Shown here one piece after another: positions 17,267-27,504 of a stretch of 64,000 nt of DNA (positions are counted from its first letter, which is position 1; the number at the start of each line of letters is the position of its first letter). The position numbers and the translations under genes are program-made. The notes beneath the pieces are model-generated. The model had not been told where the DNA came from, did no database searches, and saw only the letters and a list, made by a program, of their open reading frames with translations. This DNA comes from Anaeromyxobacteraceae bacterium (lineage in GTDB: Bacteria; Myxococcota; Myxococcia; Myxococcales; Anaeromyxobacteraceae), in assembly GCA_047602405.1 (NCBI GenBank), contig JASGHJ010000002.1:1888001-1952000 (forward strand), written 5' to 3'.

Positions 17267-18892
17267 ATGGAACGCGAAGGCGACCACGCCGCCGAGCCTG
17301 CGTCCGGCGGCCCGCCCGCCTACGAGGCGCCGGAGATCCAGGCCCTGCTCGCCGGGCCCCACGCGGGCCGCGAGGTCGCCCGCGCGCGCCAGATCTTCGT
17401 CAACCGCAACCTGCGGATGGACAAGATCGAGGCCGTCGGCTTCGACATGGACTACACGGTCGCGATGTACCACCTGCGCCGGCTCGAGGAGCTCGCCTTC
17501 GAGATGACGCTGGCGCGGATGGTGGTGGCGATGGGCTACCCCGCCCACATCCGCGCCCTCCGCTACGATCCCGAGTTCGTCATCCGCGGCCTCGTGATGG
17601 ACCGGCAGCGCGGCAACATCTTCAAGATGGACCGGCACAACCACGTGGGCCGGGCCTACCACGGGCGGCGGCCGCTCTCGTACGACGAGCTGAAGCGGGT
17701 CTACCGCGACGAGAAGATCCACCTCTCCTCGCCGCGCTTCGCCTGGATCGACACCCTGTTCGCGCTGCCGGAGGCCTGCATCTACGCCGAGGTGATCGGG
17801 CTTCTCGAGGGCGAGGGCAAGGACGTCCCCTACGACAAGCTCTGGGCCGACATCCGCGAGGCCATCGACACCGTCCACCGCGACGGGTCGCTCAAGAGCG
17901 TCGTGAAGCAGGACCTCGCGCGCTACGTCCTGAAGGACCCCGAGCTCGCGCCGGCGCTCCACAAGCTCCGCTCCGGCGGGAAGAAGCTCTTCCTCCTCAC
18001 GAACTCCCTCGCCGACTACACCGACGCCGTGATGCGCTTCGTGCTCGACGGCGTGCTCCCCGAGTACCCGAGCTGGCGGAACTACTTCGACGTGGTGGTC
18101 ACCGGGGCCTCGAAGCCGGCGTTCTTCTCCGACCACCGCCCGCTGTACCTGCTCTCGCCGGCGGGCGAGCGGGTCGGCGAGGCCGGCCACCTCGAGCGCG
18201 GGCGCTGGTACGAGGGCGGCGACCTCGCCACGCTCGAGCGGCTCATGGGCGTGAGCGGCGACCGGATCCTCTACGTCGGCGATCACATCTACGGCGACAT
18301 CCTCCGGTCCAAGAAGAGCTCGCTCTGGCGCACCTGCATGGTGGTCGAGGAGATCGAGCGCGAGCTCGCGTGGCTCGAGCAGCACCACCCGGAGCTGGAG
18401 GAGCTCGGGCGGCTCGAGGAGCTGCGGGTCCGCATCGAGGACGAGATCTCGGTGGAGCGCGCGGCGCTCAACGTGCTCGAGCGGCGGATGGACCGGGAGG
18501 AGCCCGGCGCCGACCGGGAGCGGCTCGCCCAGGAGCGCAAGCGCGACAAGGCCCGGCTGGAGGCGATGCGCAAGGCGAAGCGCGACGCCGACCAGCGCCT
18601 CGCCGAGCTCGGGCGGCGCATCGAGGACGGCTTCAACGCCTACTGGGGGCTCACGTTCAAGGAGGGGAACGAGAACTCCCGCTTCGGCGAGCAGATCGAG
18701 GACTACGCCTGCCTGTACACGAGCCGGGTGTCGAACTTCGTCTTCTACTCGCCGATGCAGTACTTCCGCTCCCCGCGCGCCGCGATGCCGCACGAGCGCG
18801 CCGCCCCCGCGCGCATCTCGCCCTGGGGCGACGAGCACGGCGCGCCGCTCGCCGGCGATCGCCCGTCCCGCGTGTCGAAGGCGTCGCGGTAG
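17267..18892 (+). CDS. HAD-superfamily IG 5'-nucleotidase (cN-II-like)
   Basis: IFVNRNL, GFDMDYT, LLTNS, KP.FF, YVGDHIYGDI, YACLYTSRVSN. Confidence 0.92.
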   Translation: MEREGDHAAEPASGGPPAYEAPEIQALLAGPHAGREVARARQIFVNRNLRMDKIEAVGFDMDYTVAMYHLRRLEELAFEMTLARMVVAMGYPAHIRALRYDPEFVIRGLVMDRQRGNIFKMDRHNHVGRAYHGRRPLSYDELKRVYRDEKIHLSSPRFAWIDTLFALPEACIYAEVIGLLEGEGKDVPYDKLWADIREAIDTVHRDGSLKSVVKQDLARYVLKDPELAPALHKLRSGGKKLFLLTNSLADYTDAVMRFVLDGVLPEYPSWRNYFDVVVTGASKPAFFSDHRPLYLLSPAGERVGEAGHLERGRWYEGGDLATLERLMGVSGDRILYVGDHIYGDILRSKKSSLWRTCMVVEEIERELAWLEQHHPELEELGRLEELRVRIEDEISVERAALNVLERRMDREEPGADRERLAQERKRDKARLEAMRKAKRDADQRLAELGRRIEDGFNAYWGLTFKEGNENSRFGEQIEDYACLYTSRVSNFVFYSPMQYFRSPRAAMPHERAAPARISPWGDEHGAPLAGDRPSRVSKASR

Positions 18893-18903
18893 CGCCCCGG
18901 TCC

Positions 18904-18932
18904 TTGACGCTTCCCCGGCCGTTGCGTACACC
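18904..18932 (+). promoter_or_regulatory. Sigma70-type promoter of selC
   Basis: TTGACG (18904-09), 17-bp spacer, TACACC (18927-32), 7 nt before the tRNA. Confidence 0.6.
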
Positions 18933-18939
18933 CGACGGC

Positions 18940-19035
18940 GGCAGGGCGTCCTAGGCTGGTGCCGGGCTCGGTCTTCAAAACCGATGGATGGTGCTGAGAG
19001 GCGCTGTCGGAGGGTTCGATTCCCTTGCCCTGCCG
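18940..19035 (+). tRNA. selC: tRNA-Sec (anticodon UCA)
   Basis: 8-bp acceptor stem GGCAGGGC/GCCCTGCC with G discriminator, anticodon arm TCGGT-CTTCAAA-ACCGA, long variable arm, T arm GAGGG-TTCGATT-CCCTT. CCA not encoded. Confidence 0.93.
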
Positions 19036-19183
19036 TCTGATCCCGATCCGACCGCACCGATCGCTTTGCGAGCGGATCCGCCGCTCGCCCGAGGCGAACC
19101 CGCTCGGCCATCCGACCAGCGCGCGACGCCTCGACCGGATACCTATACACGCGCGGCGGGGCGGGTAGACTCTCTCCCCGGAC

Positions 19184-19585
19184 GTGCGCTCCCCTCTTCG
19201 GTTACTGCGGGTGAATCGGCTCGAGAGCCTGCTCAGGGCCTCGCGGGATCGTGACCGTCGCGCGGCCGCGGAGGCCTTCGAGCGACGCGGGCGGTGCCCG
19301 GGCGTCGTGCCGCCCTGCCCGGAGGTGGACGGAGACTCCGGCGGGCCCTCCGGCGCGGGCGACGCGACGCTGCGCTTCTACGAGCTCGTGCATGCCTTCC
19401 GGGCCAACGAGCGTCGGGCCCTCAGGGACGCCCTCGCGCGGCACGTCCCCCGCCCGAGGCTCCTCGCCGTGTCGCCCTCCCTGGCGAGGAGGCTGTTCGA
19501 GCACGTGGGGCGCAACCTCGCCTTCGAAGGCGTCCCGGTCCTCGTCGACCCTTCCCTGCCGGAGTTCGACTACCGGATCCGCTGA
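19184..19585 (+). CDS. Hypothetical protein (start may be 19211)
   Basis: ORF fills the gap after selC with plausible codon usage. No recognisable motif. Confidence 0.5.
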   Translation: MRSPLRLLRVNRLESLLRASRDRDRRAAAEAFERRGRCPGVVPPCPEVDGDSGGPSGAGDATLRFYELVHAFRANERRALRDALARHVPRPRLLAVSPSLARRLFEHVGRNLAFEGVPVLVDPSLPEFDYRIR

Positions 19586-19811
19586 AGCGCAGCGGAAGGC
19601 CGCTCTCGCGACCTCGTCGCACCCTGGGTTTCGACGCACCCCCTGGCCGGGGCCCCGCACGAAGCGTGCGTCACCAGACCAGAACCTTCAGAGCGATTCG
19701 TGCTTTTGCCTATGTGCTCGATACGGGACGCTGCATCCCGATCGGCGGCGCAGGTGTTGCAAATATCTGCGGTCGACTGCCGCACCCCTGCGGCGCGAGG
19801 AGCCGACCTGC

Positions 19812-22511
19812 ATGATGTCCAGCCTCACGACCAGCGCCCGCATCCGCGCAGGCTTCGCCGTCGGGTTCGCACTGCTCGTCCTGGTGGGCGCGATCGGCTG
19901 GCGCGTCTCCTCCCGGATCGAGGCCTCGCTTCAGGACGTCGCCATCGCGAAGTTCCCGGCGGCCCAGCGGCTGGCCCGGATCGAGGACGCGCAGACCGAG
20001 ATCGCGCGCGACATGTACGGCGCCATCGGCTCGCAGGCGGACGCCGGGATGCGTTCGGGCGCCCTCGCCGCCATCCAGTCCTCCTTCGTCAAGCTTGACC
20101 AGGCGGTCTCGGAGTTCGAGAAGCTCCCCCTCGACGCGGCGCAGGCATCGCTCTGGGAGGCTTCGAAGACGAGCCGGCGGGCGTGGCGCGCGGACGTCGA
20201 GGCCGCGGTCGCCCTCGGCGCGGAACGCGACGCCCTGCTCCGCGGCGGCACGAGCCCCACCGCGCCCGAGGCCGTCGCGCTCGGAGAGAAGGCATGGGCC
20301 GCGCTCCGGAGCTGCCGGACCGCTCGGCTCGCGTGCGAGGCCGACCTCGACAAGGTGAAGGACGCCGTGGCCGCCGCCGCTTCCGCCGCGGCAGCGGAGG
20401 GGAGCGCGGACGCGCGCGCGGGCCTGGTGTGGGTGACCGTGGCCATCGGGGCGGGCGGCCTCCTCATCGCCGTGCTCGGCCTGCTGCTCGGGCGCAGCAT
20501 CGGCAGCACCCTCGACCGCCTCACCGCAGAGGCCGGGCGCCTCCGCGACGCCGTCGCCGCCGGCAGGCTCGACGTGAGGGGTGACGAGCTCTCGGTCGCC
20601 GGCGAGTTCCGGCCGATCGTCGCGGGCCTCAACGCCACCATGGACGCCTTCATCCGTCCGATCCGGATGACCGCGGAGTGCGTCGATCGGATCTCCAGGG
20701 GAGACGTGCCGCCCCCCATCACCGAGCGGTACGAGGGCGACTTCAACGCCATCAAGGACAACCTGAACCGGGCCATCGCGGCCATCGGCGCTCTCGTGAC
20801 CGACGCGAAGACGCTCGCGAGCGCCGGCGCCGAGGGCCACCTCTCGGTGCGGGCCGACGCCGCGCGGCACCAGGGCGACTTCCGGGTGGTCATCGAGGGC
20901 GTGAACGCGACGCTCGACGCGGTGACCGGCCCGCTCCGGACCGCCGCCGAATGCGTGAACGAGATCGCGCAGGGCAAGGTCCCGGCGCCGATCACCGCCG
21001 ACTTCCGGGGTGACTTCGAGCTCCTGAAGCGCAACCTGAACGCGTGCCTCGCCGCGGTGACCGCGCTCGTCGAGGACTCGCGCATGCTCGCCACCGCCGC
21101 CGTGGAAGGACGCTTCGACGTCCGCGCGGACGCGAGCCGCCACCGCGGAGAGTTCCGCGCCATCGTGCAGGGGGTGAACGACGCCGTCGAGGCCATCGTC
21201 GCACCGCTCCGCGTCCTCGCCGACTACTGCGAGCGCCTCTCGCACGGTGACCTCCCCCCGCGCCGCACCCACCAGGTCCGCGGCGACGTGGTGGCGATGC
21301 AGGCCAGCCTCAACCGCTGCGTGGACGCGGTCACCGCGCTCGTGACCGACATGAACGGCCTGGTCTCGAAGGCCGTCGGCGGCCAGCTCGCCGAGCGCGT
21401 CGACGTCCGGCGCCACGAGGGCGCCTTCAAGGAGGCCATGGAGGGTGTGAACGCGACCCTCGACGCGGTGCTCGCCCCGACGATCGAGGCCAGCAGCGTC
21501 CTCGAGCGCCTCGCCGCGCGCGACCTGCGGGCGCGCATGGCGGGCGAGTACCGGGGCGACAACGCGAAGATGAAGCAGTCCCTGAACGCCACCGCCGAGG
21601 CGCTGCACGACGCGGTCAGTCAGGTCGCCTCGGCGGTCGAACAGGTCTCGTCGGCGGCGACCCAGATCGCGGCGTCCTCGCAGGCCGTCGCGAGCGGCGC
21701 CTCGGAGCAGGCCGCGTCGCTCGAGGAGACGGGCGCGTCGCTCGAGTCGGTGATGTCGCTCACGACCCAGGCGGCCGCGAACGCCCAGCAGGCTCACCAC
21801 CTCGCGTCCACCGCGCGCGCCGCGGCCACCGAGGGCGCGGGCGCCGTCGAGCAGATGCAGGGCGTCATGAGCCGCATCAAGGCCTCCGCGGAGGGCACCT
21901 CCCAGATCATCAAGGACGTGTCGGACATCGCCTTCCAGACGAACCTCCTCGCGCTCAACGCCGCCGTCGAGGCTGCCCGGGCGGGCGAGGCCGGCCGCGG
22001 GTTCGCGGTGGTCGCCGAGGAGGTCCGCTCGCTCGCGCTGCGCGCGAAGGACGCAGCCCTGAAGACGGAGGAGCTCATCAAGGAGTCCGTGAAGCAGGCG
22101 GGAGAGGGAGAGCTCACCTCACGGAAGGTCGCCGGGAAGCTCTCCGAGATCGTCGCGGGCACGGGGAAGGTCTCCGACATCGTGACGGAGATCGCGACCG
22201 CCGCGAAGGAGCAGACCAGCGGCATCACGCAGGTGAACCAGGCCGTCGGCCAGATGGACAAGGTGACCCAGCAGAATGCCGCCTCGGCCGAGGAGTCCTC
22301 GTCGGCCGCCTCCGAGCTCTCGGGGCAGTCCGAGGAGCTCGCCGCGATGGTCGGAACGTTCCAGCTCCAGCGTTCGACCTCGACGCCGCGGTCGCTCGAG
22401 CCGCGCCGGTCGTCCCGGCACGCCTCCGCGCCGCCGCCGAAGCTCGGCTCGAGCAGGGCGAACGGTCACGATCCGTTCCCCATGGACCACACGGACGTCG
22501 CGGACTTCTGA
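19812..22511 (+). CDS. Methyl-accepting chemotaxis protein with periplasmic helical sensor and poly-HAMP array
   Basis: Two TMs, about 3.5 repeats of a ~91-aa di-HAMP unit, signalling hairpin [34 protein letters not shown]. Confidence 0.95.
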   Translation: MMSSLTTSARIRAGFAVGFALLVLVGAIGWRVSSRIEASLQDVAIAKFPAAQRLARIEDAQTEIARDMYGAIGSQADAGMRSGALAAIQSSFVKLDQAVSEFEKLPLDAAQASLWEASKTSRRAWRADVEAAVALGAERDALLRGGTSPTAPEAVALGEKAWAALRSCRTARLACEADLDKVKDAVAAAASAAAAEGSADARAGLVWVTVAIGAGGLLIAVLGLLLGRSIGSTLDRLTAEAGRLRDAVAAGRLDVRGDELSVAGEFRPIVAGLNATMDAFIRPIRMTAECVDRISRGDVPPPITERYEGDFNAIKDNLNRAIAAIGALVTDAKTLASAGAEGHLSVRADAARHQGDFRVVIEGVNATLDAVTGPLRTAAECVNEIAQGKVPAPITADFRGDFELLKRNLNACLAAVTALVEDSRMLATAAVEGRFDVRADASRHRGEFRAIVQGVNDAVEAIVAPLRVLADYCERLSHGDLPPRRTHQVRGDVVAMQASLNRCVDAVTALVTDMNGLVSKAVGGQLAERVDVRRHEGAFKEAMEGVNATLDAVLAPTIEASSVLERLAARDLRARMAGEYRGDNAKMKQSLNATAEALHDAVSQVASAVEQVSSAATQIAASSQAVASGASEQAASLEETGASLESVMSLTTQAAANAQQAHHLASTARAAATEGAGAVEQMQGVMSRIKASAEGTSQIIKDVSDIAFQTNLLALNAAVEAARAGEAGRGFAVVAEEVRSLALRAKDAALKTEELIKESVKQAGEGELTSRKVAGKLSEIVAGTGKVSDIVTEIATAAKEQTSGITQVNQAVGQMDKVTQQNAASAEESSSAASELSGQSEELAAMVGTFQLQRSTSTPRSLEPRRSSRHASAPPPKLGSSRANGHDPFPMDHTDVADF

Positions 22512-22534
22512 GCCGCTGCGGCCCCCTGCCGGCT

Positions 22535-23143
22535 TCAAGCCCGCCGCGCCCACCGGTACGTCGCCGCCGCGAGCGACAGCGCCGCCGCCACCCCGCCCCA
22601 GACGAACGCGCTCCCGGTCGCGACGCCGGCCACCGCGAGGAGGCCTGCGGCCTCGAAGAACCGGCCACGGCTCACGAGGAACACCGTCCCGCGGTCGTAG
22701 GTGGCGCGGACCCCCGCGGCCGCCGGCACGGTCAGCATCCGCCGGAGCAGCGCGAGGTTCTGCAGGTGCCCGGCGACGAGCGCGAGCCGGCCGAGCACGA
22801 CCGCCCCGAGGAGGACCCTCCCGAGGTCGAGCAGCGTCCCCTTCCACCACCAGGGCGCGCCCGGCAACCGCCCGGCGAGCGCGAGCGCCGAGCAGAACGC
22901 CATGAGCACCAGCGCGCCGGCGACGAGGGTCAGCACGAAGGGCCGCGAGAGGAGCCTGCCGGCCTCCACCGCGGCCCTGAAGCGGGGGTTCAGCTCCAGG
23001 CTGCCGCCGAAGTCCAGGCGCGCCGGGAGATCGCCCTCGCGCCTCCGGCGCGCCGCCGCGAGCGTGAGCGCGTGGTCGGCGGTGTGCAGGACGCCCCACG
23101 CGAGGCCCATCCAGACCGGCAAGGTTTCGAGGCTCGGCTCCAT
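22535..23143 (-). CDS. Hypothetical membrane protein
   Basis: 202-aa ORF with several hydrophobic segments and an ELNP motif. Confidence 0.65.
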   Translation of the reverse strand: MEPSLETLPVWMGLAWGVLHTADHALTLAAARRRREGDLPARLDFGGSLELNPRFRAAVEAGRLLSRPFVLTLVAGALVLMAFCSALALAGRLPGAPWWWKGTLLDLGRVLLGAVVLGRLALVAGHLQNLALLRRMLTVPAAAGVRATYDRGTVFLVSRGRFFEAAGLLAVAGVATGSAFVWGGVAAALSLAAATYRWARRA

Positions 23144-23361
23144 CCCCGCACGTTAGCGCACCCGAGGTGAATGGCGCGGGCCGACGGCGGCCGGGCGGTA
23201 TCGCGGCCGGCCACGAGCCCGCAGGACCAGCGCACCCCGCCGAGGGCGCTCCGCACCTCCCCGTGCTCCTTCACTCGGGGGATGAGACACCCGCGCACGT
23301 TCACCCATTGCCGTGATCACGTTATGCCGCGCGGTCGACCGCCCTGTCAGCATGCCGTCAT

Positions 23362-23979
23362 ATGGACTTCCGTGGTGATGGCTTCCCGGCGGGCGACGCG
23401 CCCCGCTCCGAGGGGGCGCACGAGCAGGCCGAGCCGAGGGACTGGACCTGCGCCGTCACGCCACGGCTGCCCGGGCGCACCACCTTGACGCTCGTCGGAG
23501 CGCTGCAGGCCGGCTGGGCCGCGCGGCTCGCGAGCGGCCTCGCCGCGCGCGGCGTGAGCGTGCTGCGGGCGCGGGCCCACAAGAACCTGGCGCGCGTCTG
23601 GCTCGCCGAGCTCGACGTGCAGGCGCCCGACGCGAGCGCGCCGGTCGACGGCGGCACCGTCGATCGCATCCTGCGCGACCGCGGCCCGCTCGAGGGCAGG
23701 AGCCACGCGCCCGCGGTGACGCGCTACGTGCTGACCCCGCGCGAGGACGCGCTCGAGGTCCAGATCCGCGCGCCGGACTCGGTGGGCCTGCTCGACCGCA
23801 TCCTGCGGATGTTCGCCTTCTACGGCCTCTTCCCGTGCGACCTCGCGATCGACACAGTCCGCGGCGAGGCGCGCGACACCTTCCGGCTCCGGACGATGAC
23901 CGGCGAGGTGCCGTCCTCCCGCACGCGCGACGCCCTCGAGCGGCGGCTCGCGGCGCTGTCGGGGGTCCTGCGGGTCTGA
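23362..23979 (+). CDS. ACT-domain protein (GlnD C-terminal-like)
   Basis: LEVQIRAPDSVGLLDRI...AIDTVRGEARDTFRL resembles the uridylyltransferase ACT repeats. Confidence 0.65.
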   Translation: MDFRGDGFPAGDAPRSEGAHEQAEPRDWTCAVTPRLPGRTTLTLVGALQAGWAARLASGLAARGVSVLRARAHKNLARVWLAELDVQAPDASAPVDGGTVDRILRDRGPLEGRSHAPAVTRYVLTPREDALEVQIRAPDSVGLLDRILRMFAFYGLFPCDLAIDTVRGEARDTFRLRTMTGEVPSSRTRDALERRLAALSGVLRV

Positions 23980-23998
23980 GGCGGCGGCGCTGGCCGCG

Positions 23999-24202
23999 TC
24001 AGTCCTCGATGCGGAACCCGATCCGGATCGTCACCTGGAACTCGAGCACCTTGCCGTCCTTCACGGCCCCGCGCTGCTCGGCGACCTCGAACCAGCTCAT
24101 GTTCCGCACGGTCTTCGAGGCCTCCTCGACGGCGTTGCGGGTGGCCTCGGCGAAGCTCACCGGCGAGGTCCCCACGATGTCGATCTTCTTGTAGACGGCC
24201 AT
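23999..24202 (-). CDS. Dodecin (flavin-binding)
   Basis: VYKKIDIVGTS...A..NAV..ASKTVRN..WFEV...FQVTIRIGFRIE. Confidence 0.95.
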   Translation of the reverse strand: MAVYKKIDIVGTSPVSFAEATRNAVEEASKTVRNMSWFEVAEQRGAVKDGKVLEFQVTIRIGFRIED

Positions 24203-24299
24203 GGCGGTGCTCCCCTTCTGGTTCGAGGCGGCCTCGGCGCGAGGCGCGGCAAGGTGACGTGCCCCGAGGCTAGCACGCCGGCCGCGGGTCTCCGGTGAT

Positions 24300-25382
24300 T
24301 CAGTACGGCGCGAACCCGCCCGCCGATCGCCGTGACCGCCAGAGCGAGACGCCGATCCCGAGGAGCGTGAGCGGGAGCGCGAACTCGACCACCACGGCGG
24401 AGAACGCCGGCAGGGCGTCGTGCGCCTGCGCCTGGAGCACGAGGTAGGCCACGTAGGCCGCGTAGTAGCCCAGGAACACGAGCGCCGTGAGCCGGCCGAT
24501 GGAGTGGCCGGAGAGGAAGATCGGCAGGCACGCCACCGTGACCGCCACCATGACCGGCAGGTCGAAGTCGACCACCGCCGGGGGCACCGGCAGCCCGCCG
24601 GGCGTCACGACGGACGCGATCCCGAGGATGCCGAGCATGTTGAAGACGTTCGAGCCCACCACGTTGCCGATGGCGAGGTCGCGCTCGCCCCTCGACGCGG
24701 CGACGACGGAGGTCGCGAGCTCCGGCATGCCGGTGCCCGCCGCCACCACGGTGAGCCCGATGACGGCGTCGGAGACGCCGAGCGCGCGCGCGAGCGCGAC
24801 GGCCCCGTCCACGAACCAGCCGGCGCCCGCGACGAGCCCCGCGAGCCCCGCGGCGACCAGGCCGAGCGCGACCGCGAGCTGCCCCGCCGAGGCGGGCTCC
24901 ACGCGGCCGGCCTGCTCCCGGCGGGCCCTCACCTCGCGGCGGCTGCGCCAGACGGTCCACGCGGTGTAGGCGACCATCAGCGCCGAGAGCAGCGCGCCGT
25001 CGGCCGGGGCGATCCGCCGGTCGAGCGCGACCCCCCAGGCGAGGAGCGCCGCCCCGATCATGATCGGCACCTCGAGCCGCACGATCTGCCGGGCGACGAC
25101 GAGCGGCGCCACGAGCGCGGACGCGCCCAGGATGAAGAGCACGTTGAAGACGTTCGACCCGACCGCGTTGCCGACGGCGAGGTCCGGCGCGCCGGCGAGC
25201 CCCGCCCGGACGCTCACCACGAGCTCCGGGGCGCTCGTGCCCATGGCGACGACGGTGAGCCCGACCACGAGCGGCGTGACGCCGGCGAGGAGCGCGAGCC
25301 GGGAGGCGCCGCGGACCAGGGCCTCGGCGCCGGCCACGAGGACGGCGAGGCCGCCGGCGAGCGTGAGGGCGATGAGGATCAT
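24300..25382 (-). CDS. Calcium/sodium antiporter (YrbG/CaCA family)
   Basis: Two alpha repeats: GTSAPEL...GNAVGSNVFN and GTGMPEL...GNVVGSNVFN. Confidence 0.93.
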   Translation of the reverse strand: MILIALTLAGGLAVLVAGAEALVRGASRLALLAGVTPLVVGLTVVAMGTSAPELVVSVRAGLAGAPDLAVGNAVGSNVFNVLFILGASALVAPLVVARQIVRLEVPIMIGAALLAWGVALDRRIAPADGALLSALMVAYTAWTVWRSRREVRARREQAGRVEPASAGQLAVALGLVAAGLAGLVAGAGWFVDGAVALARALGVSDAVIGLTVVAAGTGMPELATSVVAASRGERDLAIGNVVGSNVFNMLGILGIASVVTPGGLPVPPAVVDFDLPVMVAVTVACLPIFLSGHSIGRLTALVFLGYYAAYVAYLVLQAQAHDALPAFSAVVVEFALPLTLLGIGVSLWRSRRSAGGFAPY

Positions 25383-27049
25383 GGCGCGGCGGGCGCGGCG
25401 AGAGACGACGCCCGCACCGCCTCGAACTCGTCGCCCGGGCGCCAGCGGGGCGGCCCCGGCGCGTTCGCGACCCGCACCGCGAGGTGGAAGGCGAGCCGGG
25501 CGTCCTGGACGAGGCCGGAGAGGTCCCAGGCCGGGTTCCACGCGTCGGACGGCTGGTGGTAGTGCCGCGCGGTCCAGGCCTCGGCGTTCTCCTTGCCCCA
25601 GCCCGGCGGCCGCCCGACGAACTCGACGCCGCCGCCGAGCGAGACGGACGGGACGCCCACCTTCGCGAACGAGAAGTGGTCGGAGCGGTAGTACACGCCC
25701 TTCTCCGGGAAGGGATCGCCCGCGACCGTCCGCCCCTGCCAGCCCGCCACCGCGCGCGCGTCCTCGTCGAGCGAGCTTTTCCCGAGCCCGATCAGGGTGA
25801 GGTCCCGCGTGCGCCCGAAGACGTTGAGGCCGTCGAGGTTGAGGTCGGCGACGACGCGCGCGATCGGCACCGGCGGGTGGAGGGCGAGCCACTCCGAGCC
25901 CAGGGTGCCCTGCTCCTCGGCGCCGACGAAGGCGAACACCACGGTGCGGGCCGGCGCCCTCGGCAGCGCTTCCAGGGCCCGGGCGATCGCGAGCACGGCC
26001 GCGCACCCGGTCGCGTTGTCGACGGCGCCGTTGTAGATCGCGTCCTCGCCCGGGGCGGCGTTCGCCTTCTTGCCCAGGTGGTCGTGGTGCGCGGTGAGGA
26101 GCACGACCTCCCCGGCGCGCGCCGGGTCGGAGCCCGGCAGCTTCGCGAGCACGTTCGCCGTCTCGGTCCGGCTCACGCGCGCGGTGAGGCCGACCGAGAG
26201 CGTGAGGCCGAGCGGCACCGCCGCGAAGCCGCGCCGGTTCGCCGCGGCGCGCAGCGCGTCGAGGTCGTGCCCGCCGAGCGCGACGAGCCGGCGGCTGGCG
26301 TCCTCGGTGGTCCACATCTTCACGCGCAGGCGCGGCGCCGCCACGCCCTCGCCGAGCTCGAACTCCTCTCCCGACCAGGAGGTCTGCACGACCTGCCACG
26401 GGTAGGACGCGGAGGGCGTCGTGTGGATGATGATCGCCCCCGCGGCGCCGTGGCGGGCGGCCTCCTCGTACTTGTAGGTCCAGCGGCCGTAGTAGAGGCG
26501 GGCCTTCCCGCCGAAGCGCGCGGGGTCGTCGGAGGGGTCGTCGTTCATCACGAGCACGACCTTCCCCTTCACGTCGGCCTTCGCGTAGTCGTCCCACCCG
26601 TACTCCGGCGCGACGATCCCGTAGCCCACGAAGACGACCTCGGCGCGGTCGAGCGCGACCGCGGGCTCGGGCACCCCGGCGGTCGCCATGTACTCCCCCG
26701 GCGCGAGCGCGAGCGCGCCCGCCTTGCCCTCGAAGCGCGGCGCCGCCGCCACCGAGGTCGTGACGCCGACGAGGGGCACCCGCTGCAGGTAGCCGCCCTC
26801 CGGCGCCGCGGGGGCGAGGCCGAGCCCGCGCAGCGTCGCCTCGAGGTAGGCCTGCGCGAGCGCGTCGCCGCGGGTGCCGGGCCCGCGGCCCTCGAGGAGG
26901 TCCGAGGCCAGGAACTGCACGTGGGCCGAGACGAGCGCCGGGGTCACCTGCTCCGCCGCGCGGCGCTCGTCCGGTGGCGGCCGTGGCGGCGCGGAGGCCG
27001 CCGGGCGGGGCGCCGCGAGCGCGGCGGCGAGGAGGACGGCGGCGGTCAT
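25379..27049 (-). CDS. Exported M28 metallopeptidase with PA domain
   Basis: Signal peptide, LASDLLEGRGPGT, AHHDHLG, NGAVDNATG, AEEQG, RSDHFSF, YHQPSD. Confidence 0.92.
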   Translation of the reverse strand: MTAAVLLAAALAAPRPAASAPPRPPPDERRAAEQVTPALVSAHVQFLASDLLEGRGPGTRGDALAQAYLEATLRGLGLAPAAPEGGYLQRVPLVGVTTSVAAAPRFEGKAGALALAPGEYMATAGVPEPAVALDRAEVVFVGYGIVAPEYGWDDYAKADVKGKVVLVMNDDPSDDPARFGGKARLYYGRWTYKYEEAARHGAAGAIIIHTTPSASYPWQVVQTSWSGEEFELGEGVAAPRLRVKMWTTEDASRRLVALGGHDLDALRAAANRRGFAAVPLGLTLSVGLTARVSRTETANVLAKLPGSDPARAGEVVLLTAHHDHLGKKANAAPGEDAIYNGAVDNATGCAAVLAIARALEALPRAPARTVVFAFVGAEEQGTLGSEWLALHPPVPIARVVADLNLDGLNVFGRTRDLTLIGLGKSSLDEDARAVAGWQGRTVAGDPFPEKGVYYRSDHFSFAKVGVPSVSLGGGVEFVGRPPGWGKENAEAWTARHYHQPSDAWNPAWDLSGLVQDARLAFHLAVRVANAPGPPRWRPGDEFEAVRASSLAAPAAP

Positions 27050-27053
27050 GCGG

Positions 27054-27455
27054 TCAGGCTCCCCGTGAGCGGGCCGTGCGCCAGCGCGCGACGAAGCGCT
27101 CCACGTCGAACGGGGCGAGGCTCGTGGGCGGCCCCGCGACGGCGGTGGCGTTGAGGCGGCGGATGCGGCGGTTCATCTCCTCGAGCTTCTGCCGGACGAC
27201 CTGCTCGTCGCCCTCGCGCGCGAGCGCCGCGGCGAGCGCCTCGGCGTCGTGGCGGATGGAGAGCGCCTCGGGGAGGTCGTTCACCCGCTCGCGCCTGAGC
27301 TTCTCCTTGATCCACCAGGCCTCGGGGAGGTCGCCGGTGAGCGGCAGGGGCCTCCCCTCGCCCGGGAGGTGGTCGAAGGCCCCTTCCTCGCGCGCCTCCC
27401 GGATGAGCCGGTCCACGAAGCCCTCGTGGCTCTCTGAAGCCCGCTTTCCCTTCAC
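27054..27455 (-). CDS. DUF1992 (DnaJ-associated) family protein
   Basis: VDRLIREAREEGAFDHLPGEGRPL...WWIKEKL. Confidence 0.85.
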   Translation of the reverse strand: MKGKRASESHEGFVDRLIREAREEGAFDHLPGEGRPLPLTGDLPEAWWIKEKLRRERVNDLPEALSIRHDAEALAAALAREGDEQVVRQKLEEMNRRIRRLNATAVAGPPTSLAPFDVERFVARWRTARSRGA

Positions 27456-27504
27456 CCTGCGACGTTGATAACCCAGGTCGCGCCGGGATGCAGGCGCGGA
27501 CCCG

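Noticed and set aside
22520..22532. CCCTGCCG after the MCP as an attR copy of the selC 3' end
   Set aside because: Only 8 bp of GC-rich match, expected by chance; no integrase present.
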